From: the human T2T-CHM13v2.0 reference genome, Homo sapiens | DNA length: 64,000 bases | Strand: one strand, 5' to 3' | Assembly (NCBI RefSeq): GCF_009914755.1 | Contig: NC_060937.1 | Part shown: positions 25,201 through 40,022 of the stretch, piece after piece | Position numbering within the stretch: the first letter of the stretch is position 1 | How the letters are laid out: each line of letters opens with the position of its first letter | The notes under the pieces: generated by a model | What the model saw: the letters and a program-made list of their open reading frames with translations, nothing else | Databases searched by the model: none | Told to the model about the DNA's origin: nothing | Program-made: the position numbers and the translations under genes

Positions 25201-27590
25201 TGAAAGTGAAATTATGGTAGCATGAGAGCTGAAAAAAAATAAGGTGCAAATTTAATGCATATATTGCCCAAATCCATGACTGATAGCTAAACTACATATG
25301 AGCAGGAGACCTCCTAAAAGACACACTGAAAAAGCAGGAAGGACCAGAAAACATTTGACTTATGAAAGACGGAGTCACACAAAACCATATCTGTGGATTT
25401 GGTGTTTTTCTTAAATGATTATATTCCCCAACAGTGCACAGTCTGAATGGGAGACAGGTGAAGCCTGATAACCGGAAGTGTCAAAATCCAGAGATGGAAA
25501 CCAGAAAAATAGCTAGACTTTTTGGGGGAGGTGTTAGAAACCCACAAAGAGAAGGTGTCCCATCTCTGCCATATCCTCGGTAGACATCAAATTTTGCAGA
25601 TACATGGGAGACCAAGAGGGGCTCAGGTTAATACAGTCGCAGTGAAAAACCATGAAAATGGAGTAAAAATATCAGCAGCTGCATACAGTGGACAAGATAA
25701 TGTTTGCAGTTTGAATCACTGTTGACTAGAATAATAATTTTTTAAAACCCCTCAGAAGTATGCAACAGAATACAGCATTGATATAACATGTTATTTACGA
25801 TGGTTAATATTCAATCAAAAGTTGAAAGATATCAAAAATAATCTACACTCAGAAAAATATGCAGTAAGTAGATCCTCAAAAAGGCTTTAACGTTTAATTT
25901 AGCAAAGGTTTCACAAGATATCTTTTATAAGTATGTTTAATGAATTTTTTTAAATGTTCAAAGAATTGAAGGAAAGCATGCCACCAATGAATGAACATCT
26001 GCAATCAACAAAGAATAGAACATGTTAAACAAATTTTGATTTATGGAGTTGGATGTGATAAAAATAAATAGCAAATTGGTAGACATAAAAACAGTGGCAA
26101 TAATTACAAATTGTAACATCTGAATATTTCTATCAAAAAGCAGAGGCTTTCAGACCTGATTTATTTTCAAAAGCAAGAAAAAGAGCAAAAATCAGCTACA
26201 TTTTTTCTACAAGAGGCCTATTTTAAATACAGAAATAAATAGACAAAGATATGGCTGAGAAATTATAGACCATGAGTATATTAAGCATAAGACAGCTGTA
26301 TTCGCTATGATAGGTGTGATGATTTTAATATTAGACATGATATAAATACATGTTCACATGACAGAATTCAAAATATATGAAACAAAAACTGATGGAACTT
26401 ATGGTAGAGATGATAAATCCAAACTCATGTTTGGAGATTTCATTATATCTCACTCAGTAATTGACAGACCGGTTCAACAAAAATTTAATAAACATATCAA
26501 AAATCTGAATGATACTCTCAATCACTAGACTCAACACCAACAATTGTGGAATACACAGTGTCTATCACCAAGATAGATACTATACCATGCCATAAAACAA
26601 GTCTCAATAAATTTCAAAAGATGAAAATTTGACATAATATGTTCTTTAAACACAGAGGAAAAACATTAGAAATCTCTCTCAGTCTCTTTTTCTCTCCCTC
26701 TTTCTCAAACACACACACACTGGAAAAGCCCTAATAGCTGGAATGTTATATTCTAAATAGTCTATGGGTTAGAGAAATAAAGGAAATTAGATTTTTTGAA
26801 TTTAGAGCTAATGAAAACTCATGACAAAATTGATGGAATGCAAATAAAAGTTTCTTAAAAGGAAATTTGTATCATCAAATATATAAGAAATGGGAAAATA
26901 TTTAAAATCAATAATCTAGTCTTGCATCTTAAACTAGAAGTAGAAGAGCAAATTAAACACAAATTAAGCAAAAGAAAATTATAAAATAGAAAGATGAAGA
27001 AAATAAATATCATCTAGTTCTTTGAAATAATCAGTATAATTAAAAAACCTTTAGTTGGATTGATTGGAAAAATAAAGCAATAGTGAGAATGAGAGAATGA
27101 AAGCACAGATTACTAATGTCAGAAATGAAAGACAGAATCAATAGAGAACCTATATAATAAAAAAATGCTAATATTATGAAAAACTTCTTGCCAAAAATTT
27201 AACAATTTAGATAAAATAGACAATTCTTTCAGAGATAGAAATTTTCAGTGCTCACTTCGAAGTAAATGGGTAACATGAATATCATTATAACTACAAAACA
27301 AATTAAAACCATTGAAATCACATAAAAATCAGATTTTATTGGTGATTTCTATCATATATTTAAGAAAGAAATAATATCATTTCTTCATAAATTATTCCAG
27401 AAAGTAGAAGAGAAAGACATAGGTGCCAACGCATTTAATGAGGCCAGAATTACCCTGATTACAAAATCAAAAAAATATATTACACAGAAAGAAAACTATA
27501 GATCTATCTACTACCTGGCATAGATACAAAAATTCTTATTAAAAATTGAGCAAATTGAATCTAGTGATAAACTAAATGGGTAATATACCA

Positions 27591-27832
27591 TGTGATAGTT
27601 AATTTGTCAATTTCACTAGGATAATAAATGTCCAGATAGTTGGTAATACATTATTTCTGGTTGTGTCTATGAGGGTGGTTCTGAAAGATATTTGTTTTGA
27701 ATGAGTGGACTTAGTAAAGAAGATCCACTCCCACCAACATTATAAGTATCACCTAATTTGTTGAGAAGCCCTGTAGAACCAAAAGGTGTAGAAAAGATAA
27801 ATTCTCTCTCTCCTTGAGTTGGAACATCCACC
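27591..27832 (+). mobile_element. MLT2 (ERVL) LTR 5' half nested in L1M
   Basis: 'tgtgatagttaatttgtcaattt...ccagatagttggtaatacattatttctggttgtgtctatgagggtg...gagtggacttagtaaagaagat'. Confidence 0.85.
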
Positions 27833-29015
27833 TTCATGGTAAAAATTCCTCAGCAAATATATTAGACAAGGGAACTTTCTGAAACTAGTAAAAAACATCT
27901 ATAAAAAACTCACAGCTAATACTGTACTTGACAGCAAAACAGTTAATATTTCCCCCTAAATTCTGGAAGAAGGCAAAGATATCTAATCTCAGCATTTCTA
28001 TTTAACATTTTACTGGAAGATCTTATCAGTACAAAAAAAAAAGAAAAATAAACAAAAGTCATACAAGAAAATATACAGAACAAAAATCTTTATTTATAAA
28101 ATGTCATGATTATTCAGAGAATGTTATTGAATATAATAAAAAGAAATAGAATTTATACATGTATTTGGCAAAGTTGCAGCTTTCAGATCGATATTCCAAA
28201 ATTAATTTTATTTTTATATCCCATCAACAGAAAAGTGGAAGTTTAAAATTGCATTTATAATTGCATTAAAATGTTAAATGCGTAAGTATAAATATTATAC
28301 ATTTTTTTTGCATGTAGTATGCTGAATACTATTTTAAAAATCCCAGAGAGATTATAGTACTGGATTAAAATATTGGCAGGTTGTCAAGACTCTACAAACT
28401 GATCTATATATTCAATGCAATCTCAAGGAAATTTTAGCATGCATTTTAATAAAAATAGATTCTAAATTTCAAATAAAAATGCAAAGGACCTAGAATATCC
28501 AATATATAATAGAGAAAAAGAAAAAGTGGAGAATATATATTACCTTATTTTGATAATTTTTATAAACCTACAATAATCAAGACAATGTGGTACTGACATG
28601 ACAGTTAGTATATTGTTCAAGAAAATAGAATAGAGTCAAGAAATAGACCCACACATATATGCAACTAATATTGAAAAATAGTGCCAAGGTAATCAAATGT
28701 AAAAAGAACAATCTTTTCAACAAATAGTGCTGGAATAAATAGCTGTTTATATGAACAGAAATAGTGTTTCATCCTTGCTTCATACATGTACATGTATTAA
28801 TTAAAAATGGATTATAGACATAAAGGTGAGAGCTACAAATATGCAATTTTTAGGCAAAGATTTCTTTAGATAGGACAGAAAAAGCACAATCAATACAAAA
28901 TAAAATGAGTTAATTATATTTAATTTAAGTAAACACTTCTTATCTGAAAAAAAGGTCAGTAAAATGAGCATCTAAGCCACAGACTGGGAGAATATTTTTG
29001 CAAAACCTATATCAA

Positions 29016-29037
29016 AGAGAGAGAGAGAGAGAGAGAC
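29016..29037. repeat. (AG)n microsatellite
   Basis: About 11 AG units seen directly. Confidence 0.9.
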
Positions 29038-29269
29038 ACTTTCAGAAAACACAAAAATTACCCTCTAGTTCATTAAGAAAAACACAATCTGATTATTAAA
29101 ATATAGCAAGAGATTTAGACAGTTCATCAAAGAAAACATATGGACGGCATATATTACATAAGATGCTAAACATTATTAGTTATCATATTGTGTAAATTGA
29201 AAGCACAGTAAGATACCACTTCACAATTAGCAAAGTTTTTATTCTAGTGTTAACTTTTTATATGATTAT

Positions 29270-30780
29270 ACAAGGATACCATCAGAAAATAAATAAGTAT
29301 ATTTTACTTGTGAACCTAGATGCAAACATTTCTAAATATAAAATTAGCTAATAAAATTCACTTGCCTAATTAATAAGTCCTAATCAATTATGGTTGCATG
29401 ATGCATGCAAGGTTGGTTTACTTTTAGAAAAGCTACGATTATAATTCATTACACTAATGGGTCAAAGGAGAAATATCACATGATTATCTCATAAAAGTAG
29501 GAAACACAATTAATTTCAAAATATACATTATAATTTAAAAACATAGCTTTTTAACTTATTAAAGATTATATACCCAAAGCCCACAGCTAAAATAATTCAT
29601 TGAGAGACTTCAGCATATTTACATTTTTAACTGGGAATAAGACAGTGATATTTGCTATGTACTTCTGTTTATGATGGAACTGAAAATATGGTCAGAAAAC
29701 CACAACTGAAATGCTTCTGACCATATTTTCAGTTCTATATGGTTACTGCAACAAAAATTAGTATTGTATCAGCGTAGTAACAGGTGAACTAACCAGTATG
29801 ACAGAATATAGACCTCAAAAATATAGACATATACATATAAGAAGTTGAAATATGGTGACACTACAAAGTATTGAAGAGAAGATGGCTTCTTTAGGAGCTG
29901 AAGTCTGGAAAACTGTATTATTACATAAAGAATATAGAAAGCTTAATCCCTATTTTACCATATGAAAAGGTGGACTTCAAATGGATTAAAGTAAAACAAT
30001 AAAGCTAATAGAAGAAAATGATAGTGAATATCTTTATAAGATAAGGTTGAAAGATTTACCTTTAAGAAGACTCAGAAAACACAACCAGATTTTAAAATGA
30101 TGCATTTTGCTACATTCAAATTAAAAATTTTTGCTTCACTAACGTTACAGATGAATGACATACTGTAATAAAATATTCACAGTGTCTAAAACATTAATAT
30201 CTAGAATATATAAGGAACTCTAGTGAGCCAAAAATACAATGACTAGAACACCAGTAGAGCATGGAAAGGAATATAAAAAGTCAATTCACAGAAGCAGCGC
30301 TCAAATGCTAGTAAAATATAAGAAGATATGCTCAGACTTACTAATGATGAGAGAATGCAAATTAAACAATTACCTATATGTATCAGAACCATGAAAATTA
30401 GAGGGGGTCTTAGAATTTATTTTCAAGGAAGTAGAGAGAAAGAAATTCAGTAGCTCTCTCTGTGACCACAAATAATATTCTCATGCTTCTAAGTGATCTG
30501 GCAGAATCTAGTGAAATGAAAAATGTATATTCCTTATGATCTGGCAGTTACTCTTCTGGGTATGTGCACAAGACTGTACATATGTATTGATGCCAATACA
30601 TAATTTTATGTATGTATACATTATATACATCACATACATAATATATAAGCAAAAACATACTTTACAGCAATTTGGAGCTTAAAATATATATATATAAATA
30701 AAGTCAAGTAAACATAAAAAGTAGTATTCAATAAAGACAGAAAGTGAATTAAAAACAGGACAACACACAAAAAATGCTTG
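29270..30780 (+). mobile_element. Second ancient L1ME-like fragment (ORF2 RT region to 3' UTR, internally deleted)
   Basis: 'gatgcaaacatt', 'atgcaaggttggttta', 'cacatgattatctcat', 'aatggattaaag', 'atatctagaatatataaggaactc', 'ccttatgatctggcagttactcttctgggtat'. Confidence 0.8.
29677..29735. repeat. Perfect 21-bp inverted repeat with 17-nt spacer
   Basis: gaactgaaaatatggtcagaa (29677-29697) and ttctgaccatattttcagttc (29715-29735). Confidence 0.97.
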
Positions 30781-31899
30781 CATATTTAAATAACTCAAGT
30801 ACACTGAGATCAGCTTTTCTTAAGGAGGAAAAAAAGGGAATGACACTGAAAATAAAATAATTAGAGGGGTATGGCATAGCCAAGTGCAAGCATGTGCTGA
30901 GAACTGAAGAGAATGGTTACTTCCGCCTACGAGGTCAAAAAGAAAAAGAAAATCTCAAAATCCATACAAATGCTGTTGACAATTCTGAATTTTGTGAAAG
31001 ATTGTTGTCATATAAATGTGAACGTTCCTTTAAAAATTATCATCTGATGAATGTTTTATGTTAATCTGAGCATTCACAAAAATGATCTTGTTAATTCCCA
31101 GCATTCTCTTAGGGTAAAGAAAAGACTTTTCAATTATATCACTGTATGTCCCCTATCTGCATTGTCTCATCTCATTATCATCTGTGTGTTTTGAATAATA
31201 TGAGATAGAAATTTTGTAGGTATGAACCTGGTTTAGATTTAGTGTTCTGTTTTTTATTATTTCTATTATGTAATAAGTGCTATCTGTGGTTTAAGAAGAG
31301 GAATTTTTAAAGAAAAGTATAAAGCAAGATTTTCGAGGTTAGAAAGTTTTTATCAGGTTATTCTTTGGAGAAGAGAAAGCAGCATTTCTGTTTTATAAGG
31401 TACATAGGAAGCAATTGGCTTTAATAGTGCAAGCTGCACATTAAGAGGCAGAAGACAATTAAGTGTTCGGTGTTATATTTATGCAAAGCAATTTCTAAGG
31501 CTCCTCTTAAACTATTTTGTGTGAGCTATTGCATATTTCAAATTTGCCTTTATTCAATTTCTTTCACCTTTAGTGGCTGAATATAACATTAATGAAAAAG
31601 AGAGAAAATGAGACTGGAACTTACAAAACTATAAATAAAACCTTAATATTTGTTCTCTTTGAAGCTGCTCTCATTGGAATAGATGCAGAACAACTTATCA
31701 CAGAAACCTGAGCCAGGAACTTCCACACTTTATGGAATAAGCAAAGTTCGTGTATTAATTTTTCCTTTGCTTATTTTTATTCTTAAAATAAGCTATTTTC
31801 TAAATATATTTTAGCAAGGTTAGAATATAAATATTAAAATGATCCCTATTCTTACCCTACCGCTGAGATAAAACTATGGAGACGTATACACATATGTAA

Positions 31900-32250
31900 G
31901 GCTAAGAGCAATCTGACCATCACACTTTGTAATCTGCTTTTCTAACTTACTTTTTTGTTAACATTCTTACATCTCAATAGTGTACTAAAAATAATATCCT
32001 TTAGGTTATAAATGCCTCAAGTTATTTAACAAGTTTCTTTAGATTTATTAAAATTATATTGAGGATTTTGCTGTCATCAATTACATGGTGATAAGCATTC
32101 AAGCACACAATTTGTTTTTCAAATCATCCCCTGTCACTTTACTTTAGGTTTGCATTTTATCAAGAGTATATTGTTGGATTTTGATTTTTTACTCCATTAT
32201 GAGAGTGCGTGTTTTTATTGTGGCTTTAAAAATTAATTTAAGTTTATTGG
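31900..32250 (-). mobile_element. Decayed L1ME 3' fragment
   Basis: 'ttttgtaatctgcttttctaacttac', 'ttatttaacaagtt', 'ttttgctgtcatcaat', 'tatgagagtgc'. Confidence 0.45.
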
Positions 32251-32744
32251 AAAATAGATATGCTTGTCCTCTAAGTTTGCATCATGCTTTTTGTCATTTC
32301 CCATTATTTTCCTCCTTTTAATCTATTGATTTTGAAGGTAAGTATACATTTTTTTCCTACTAGTGCCTTCAAATGTTTAGAAAAGCTTATCAATATTTTC
32401 TAATTATAAACTAATGCATTTATTTATGCTCCTAAGACATCAACAGATTTTATAATTTTTAAAAACTTCCCCCCACTATTTATAATTTTTTACTGCTATA
32501 ATTTACATTTAGACACAAACTATTATTATGATATTTTATTACTCTTGCACATTCCATATTCTAAGTCAAGGTTTTATTTTTAATTTTGATTAATTTAAAA
32601 TCAAAAAGCAATCCTTTCAAAAATACAACTATATTGTTTCAAGGATTTTTTTTGACCATTTTAATGAAATAATAGCTACATTTTCCCATTCTTATAGTTG
32701 TCAATTAATTTTTCAGTCAAGTACATCATATTTGTTTATATATT

Positions 32745-33916
32745 TTATGTATTTTAAAAATATTTTAATTATAAATTGACAAATTAAAATTGTGTGTTTA
32801 TGGGGTACAAAGTGATGTTATGATTTATGAATACAAGTGGAACAAGTAAATTAAATAACATATCCATCACCTCAAATACTTATTTTTCTGTGGTGAGAAC
32901 ATTTAAAATTTACTGTCAGCAATTTTGAAATGTACAATACATTGTTATTTAAGATATTTCTCCTGTCTAATTGATACTTTGTATCCTCTGACCATCATCT
33001 CCCTGTTTCCTTCAGTTCTCAGCCTCTGTAACCACCACTCTACTCTCTGCTTCTTTGAGTTCAATTGATTTTGATTCCAGTTATAAGTGAGAATATGCTG
33101 TTTTGTCTTTATGTGCCTAGCTATTTCACTTTATTTCACTTAGTATAATGTCCTCTAGGTTCATCCATGTTGTTAAAAATGACAGGATGTCTCCATTTTT
33201 TTAAGGCTGAATGGTACTCCATTGTATATATATACCACATTTGCTTTATCTACTCATCTGATGATGAAAACAGGTTGATTCCATAACTTGGTTATTGTGC
33301 ATATTGCTACAATAAACATGGGAGTGCAAACCTTTCTTTAACATACTTACTTCAAATCTTTTGAGTAAATACTGACACATATAATTGATGGATCATATTG
33401 TAATTCTATTTTTAGGTTTTTTAGGAACATGCATACAGTTTTCCATAATAGCTGTACTAGTTTACATTCCCACCAACAGTGGACAAGAGTTCCCTATTCA
33501 ACACATCCTCCCCAACATTTGTTATCTTTAGTCTTTCTGATAAAGGCCATTCTGACAGGGGTGAGTGGATATCTCATTATGGTTTTAATTTGCATTTCCC
33601 TAATGATCAGTGATGTTGAGCATATTTTCATGAACCTGTCAACCATTTTTATGTCTTCTTTTGAGAAGTGTCTGTTGAGGTTCCTTGCCTATTTTTTAAT
33701 TGCATTATTGGTTTTCTTTCTGTAGAGTTGAATTCCTTATGTATTTTGGATATTAATCCTTTATCAGATGTAAAGCTTGGAAATATTTTCTCCCAGATCG
33801 TATTGTAACTTGACAGTTAATTTTTTTCTTTCTTGTGCAGAAGCTTTTATTTTGATGTAATCTCATTTGTCTATTTTTGTTTTTGTTACCTGTATTTTCA
33901 GGAGTCAAATCTAAAA
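32745..33916 (-). mobile_element. L1MA (approx. MA6-9) 3' end
   Basis: 'aattgacaaattaaaattgtgtgtttatggggtaca...atatccatcacctcaaatact...ggttcatccatgttg...catggtggagtgca-like...gtgcagaagctttt'; ORF 33429-33725 is antisense L1 ORF2. Confidence 0.92.
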
Positions 33917-33919
33917 ATA

Positions 33920-35400
<1,481 letters not shown>

Positions 35401-36227
35401 CTCACTTTTGTATTTTATTGGTCACACTTACTGGGCTGTAGAGGAAGGTAGGTGTTGAGGAAAAAGTGATTACTTGTGATTACATGACCCATTTATGATT
35501 AATTCTGCCATTGATTTATAATCTCACAAATAAAAGCAAACTCCTTATTACTGGATTTTAAGCAGGTACAACAAAAATAAAATTAAAAGGTTGCAAAATG
35601 TCTAGCCTGCTAATGTACATGGGCATACACAGTAAACAAGTTTTATTAGCTGTGAGTTCTCCTAGTTGGTTTTATTTTGTGAACGCCAAAAGCGTTAGTC
35701 AATTCAGAAAGAGAATCTCCATGTATTGATACCAAGATAGTGCCTTTGCAAATTAAGTCAAACTGAGAACTGTGAAATATCCCCAGAGCTGTTCATTTCA
35801 ACACTTTCCTTTCTCCTGAGATTCCTTTGGTGGGCATCTGTATTGCAGCCCTTTGAAGACAAGCCCTAATATCATCAGTGACTGATGATCACTTCTTGCG
35901 TTGGAAGGCTGAAGAAAGTACCCCAGATTCAGTCCTGCTTTTCCTAATTAAAAGTGGTTAATAACTCTTTTATTGAAACTAGATTAAATTCTTATTTGGG
36001 AAACTTAATTTAAAGTATGACCTGTCAGCTACGTGGCACTTCTATCCCAGTCTCATATCCACACAAATTGAAGGAAAGCGAATTGTGTTTTAATATTCTC
36101 CAAAAGGACAAAGTGAGCAGGAGAATTATACAGTGTAGAATAAAGCAAAGTGGTTGCTTTCTCTCAATTTGCAGATAAATCATATAGAATAAACTCAGAC
36201 AATTTAGTTTTGTTACATTTATGTAGA

Positions 36228-36295
36228 TATATTATTCTAAAAATGACATTATGACACCCCTATATGTTATTCTAAAAATGCTGCTATGACAACCC
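36228..36295. repeat. Diverged tandem duplication of about 34 bp
   Basis: tatattattctaaaaatgacattatgacacccc / tatatgttattctaaaaatgctgctatgacaaccc. Confidence 0.8.
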
Positions 36296-36745
36296 TAGGC
36301 TGATTAGGTTTTATCCTAAAACTGCTGAATGGGCATCACCTCTTGCACACCTGATTTCAGCAGCATCTGTCTGTTTTTAACCCTTCTCTTCACATTTAGT
36401 CAGGGGATCTCAGTCAACAGAGTGCCTGGCCATGACTGAACTGTCAACGCTTCCAGAATAACTTTCTCCTTTGTAATGGTTTGGTTCAGCCCGTTACATG
36501 GAGCAATGTGTGGCTAGGTTCATAACACTCTCTGAGATGCTGAGTCCTCTTTTGTGAGTGCAGCTGTAGGGTGATACTTCTGGGTGAAAAGCTAAGTCAG
36601 GATTTCTGTGCATTGACAGCAGGCTTGGCAGGGGGCATAGAGACAGTGTGGGGCTGACTGTGCTGTTAGAAACTTTGAGCACAACTAGAAGAAACGATGC
36701 TTTCAACTTTGTCTACATAAAACTCCCGTGAAGAAGTTCGACATA

Positions 36746-37157
36746 GGATATTGTTTGGGTGTTCTTCCCTTTCAAATCTCATGGTGAAATGTAATCCCCA
36801 GTATTGGATATGGGGCCTGGCAGGACGTGTGTGAGTCATGGGGACAGATTCCCTCATGAATGGCTTAGTGCTGGCTTCAAAATAATGAGTGAGTTCTCAC
36901 ATTATTAGTTCATGTGAGATCTGGCTGTTTAAAAAAGCCTGGCACCTCCTCCCTCTCTTCCTTTTACTCGTTCTCTTATCCATGCCAGCCCCCCGTTCGC
37001 CCTCCACCATGACTGGAAGCTTCCTGAGGCCTGACCAGGAGCAGATGCCAGCACCATGCTTCTTGTACAACATGCAATACTATGAAGTAATTAAACTTGT
37101 TTTGTTAAATTACCCAGTCTTGATAATCTTTTATAGCAATGCAAATGGACTAACACA
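36746..37157 (+). mobile_element. MSTA/MSTB MaLR solo LTR
   Basis: 'caaatctcatggtgaaatgtaatccccagt...ccctcatgaatggcttagtgc...aagcttcctgaggcct...ttatagcaatgcaaatggactaacaca'. Confidence 0.92.
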
Positions 37158-37399
37158 ACACACTATAACTCTTTCTATAGAAATGAAAAAAGTAAGGTAA
37201 AGAAGATGGTAAAATTCTTTCCAAGTCATTGTTTGGTCTCATGACTCAGTAAAAGAATAGAACAATACTGAAAATTATTCCTTTTTATTTTTCTTATTCA
37301 TATTGTTATTTTCTACAAACTAGATGCTAAGCCATTTTAAAATAGAGTTTCACTTTGTCAAATCTTTCACAGAATTTCTAACGAACTGTTCTTACAGTC

Positions 37400-38600
37400 T
37401 TATGAAAATATGTTCTGGAAATGTGAGTAAAATTTTTCCATTAAAGACATGCATAGAAATTGACATTGTAATTCTATCCTACATATTTCCCTTTCAGATA
37501 GTTATTCTATATTTCTATTGTTACCATCTCTAACTTCAAAAACACTTTTCTGGAATTTCCAATTATTTTTATTTGGCAGTATAAATATTATACTGTATGT
37601 GTTTTAACATTAAAACTCTATCACTATTGTTTATTGACTGAAAAGCCACTTTTCTTATATTGTCTCATCTCTCTCTAATCATTTTGAATGTGTTCTTAGT
37701 TTTGTTTAGGTATTTTCATTAACTCCTTTTCAAGTAAGTTATCAGTTTATGCGGACTGATTACCTAAACAATTATACTATTCAGTCTACTTGATCATTTC
37801 TTATATTTAAACCTTGAGTAGAACTTTTAATGTCTTTTCTACAATTCCTTATTTTTAAAAGTAACTTTTAAAAATACTTTTTTAAGCTCATATATTATAT
37901 ATATTCTAACCAGCACTTATTAAATGTCTACAATTGGTGCATGGAAATTGTCATTTTCAGAGTGATGAAAATGTTTCTTCACTTATGTGTTCTTTTTTCA
38001 TCAGTTTGCTCTCAGCTAAATCAAGCAAATTAAGATGGCTAACTAAACATGAGGCAAATTCTAAATAGAAAATATTAGAAACTTAAATGTGTTTCTAATA
38101 TTTCCCTTTCGTTTATTTTCCTGATACAGGTTTTTTAGACCTCAACATGTCCATAAGAGTTTTCTTGAAACAGTTTCAATGATCTGAAATATTTGTTGTT
38201 CAAGATAATTTTTCTTCACTCTTTGATAGTCATTTTTTTGTTTCTGTATCATTCTAGAATTCATCTTCATTTTCTAATTTATAACCATGAGTTAATTTTT
38301 TATTTCATAACTGCACACAATTAGGAAACTTGATAATGATAATTTGTATCCATTACATTTCCCTCTTGATGGCATATTTTTATTGTGGGCGTTTAGCTTA
38401 TTGAATGTTTAAAATTGTGTGTTGACCACTTGAGTATGTGTGTATCCTCCCTTGGTATGGGGGTTTATTCTAGATTTGGGTGATTGTCCGGCCAGTGTCA
38501 CTTTGGAGGAAGACTATTTGAGAAAAAAATGTTTGAGTTTTTTATGCTCATGACTATTTGAACTCATAATTTCTCTCTCTCCCCACAGTCTGCATTGTAG
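37400..38600 (-). mobile_element. Very decayed L1M/HAL1-like fragments
   Basis: T-rich text with 'tttctggaatttccaatta' and 'tgaaatatttg...tttctgtatcattctagaattc', resembling antisense L1 5'/ORF1 sequence. Confidence 0.4.
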
Positions 38601-38986
38601 TATTATTTTGTTCAGCATCCTTTTTTAATTTTTTTGGTTCTATATAGAATTATAAATCCCTAGAATAACTTTGTTTTGTCCATGAAAGTCTCAGTCATAG
38701 ACTTGTTGGTTTTTTAAGGAGCAACCAACATATTTAAAAGTCACTAAGTTATATTACCTTGGCTACATCATGTTTTATTTCACACTTTGTGGTACTCCAT
38801 ATGTTATAATAAAGGGTTAAGTTTTTATCCAAGTAATAGTTTATGTATAAAGTTATGCATACAATAGCAAAGTAAAAAGGAATTTAGAATTGGTGTTTAA
38901 ATATTTAATTGATATATGAAATAAATATATCTCATTATTATAAAAATTTATCACCATATCATCCCCAATAATAAAGTATTTCCTAC

Positions 38987-40022
38987 AACTAAATAGCAAG
39001 AATACAATTAACCAAATCAAAAAAGGGCAAGGGACTTAAGTAGACAATTCTCAAAAGAAGACATACAAGTGGCCAAGGGATATATATTTAAAAATGCTCA
39101 TAATCATTAATTATCAGGGATATACAAATTAAAGACACAATAAGATATCCATCACCTCACACCTTTTAGAATGACAGTTGTCAAAAGGATAAAAGATAAC
39201 AAGTGTTGATGAAGTTGTGGAGAAAAGGGAACCCTCGTGCACTGATGGTGGGAATGTAAATTAAGACAACCATATGGAAAACAGTATGGAGTTTCCTCAA
39301 AAAACTAAAAATAGAATTATTGTATGATCCAGCAATCCTACTTCTGGGTACTTACCTGAAATAAAGGAAACCAGTATGTCAAAGAGACATCTGCACTCCC
39401 ATGTTTACTGCAGAATTGTTCACACTAGCTAAGTTATGGGAGCAAACTAGGTGTCCGTCATCAGATGAATGGATAAAGAACACGTGGTATATATCCACAT
39501 TAGAATACTATTCAGCCTTAAAATGGGGTGGGAAATCCTGTCATTTGTGACAACATGGATGAAGCTGTAGGATATTAAGTGAAATAAGTCAGGCACAGAA
39601 AGGCAAATATTGCATGATCTCATGTTTAAGGGTAATCTAAAGAAGTTGAACTCATAAAATAGAGACTAGACTAACAGTTACCAGAGACTGGGGGAAGAGG
39701 GTGAATGACAAAGGGGGAGATGTTAGTCAAAGGGAAAAAAGTTTCATTTAGTCAGGCGGAATAAGCTTTAGTGAATTACTGCACAGAATGATGACTATAA
39801 TAAGTCATTTTGTATTTCAAAATTGCTAAAACAATAGATTTTAAATGTTTTCACCATTAAAAAATGGTAAGCACATGAGGTGATAGATTTGTTAATTACC
39901 CTGATTTAATCATTCCACATTGTAAACATGTACCAAAGCATCACATTTTACCCCATAAATATACACAATAATTATTTGTCAATTAAAAATAAAATTAGAA
40001 AAAAATTAAGAATAAAAAAATG
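38987..40022 (+). mobile_element. L1MA 3' end with intact 13-bp TSD
   Basis: L1 ORF2 end, 3' UTR and A-tail; TSD aagtatttcctac at 38974-38986 and 40023-40035. Confidence 0.93.

Larger units (their letters stand above)
25060..29230 (+). mobile_element. Ancient L1M element (5' region, partial ORF1, decayed ORF2 with deletions)
   Basis: Collinear L1 ORF2 landmarks: 'ttggagatttca', 'ccataaaacaagtctcaataaattt', 'atgaggccagaattaccctgat', 'caatgcaatctc', 'gaaatagacccacacatata', 'agccacagactgggagaa'. Confidence 0.85.
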
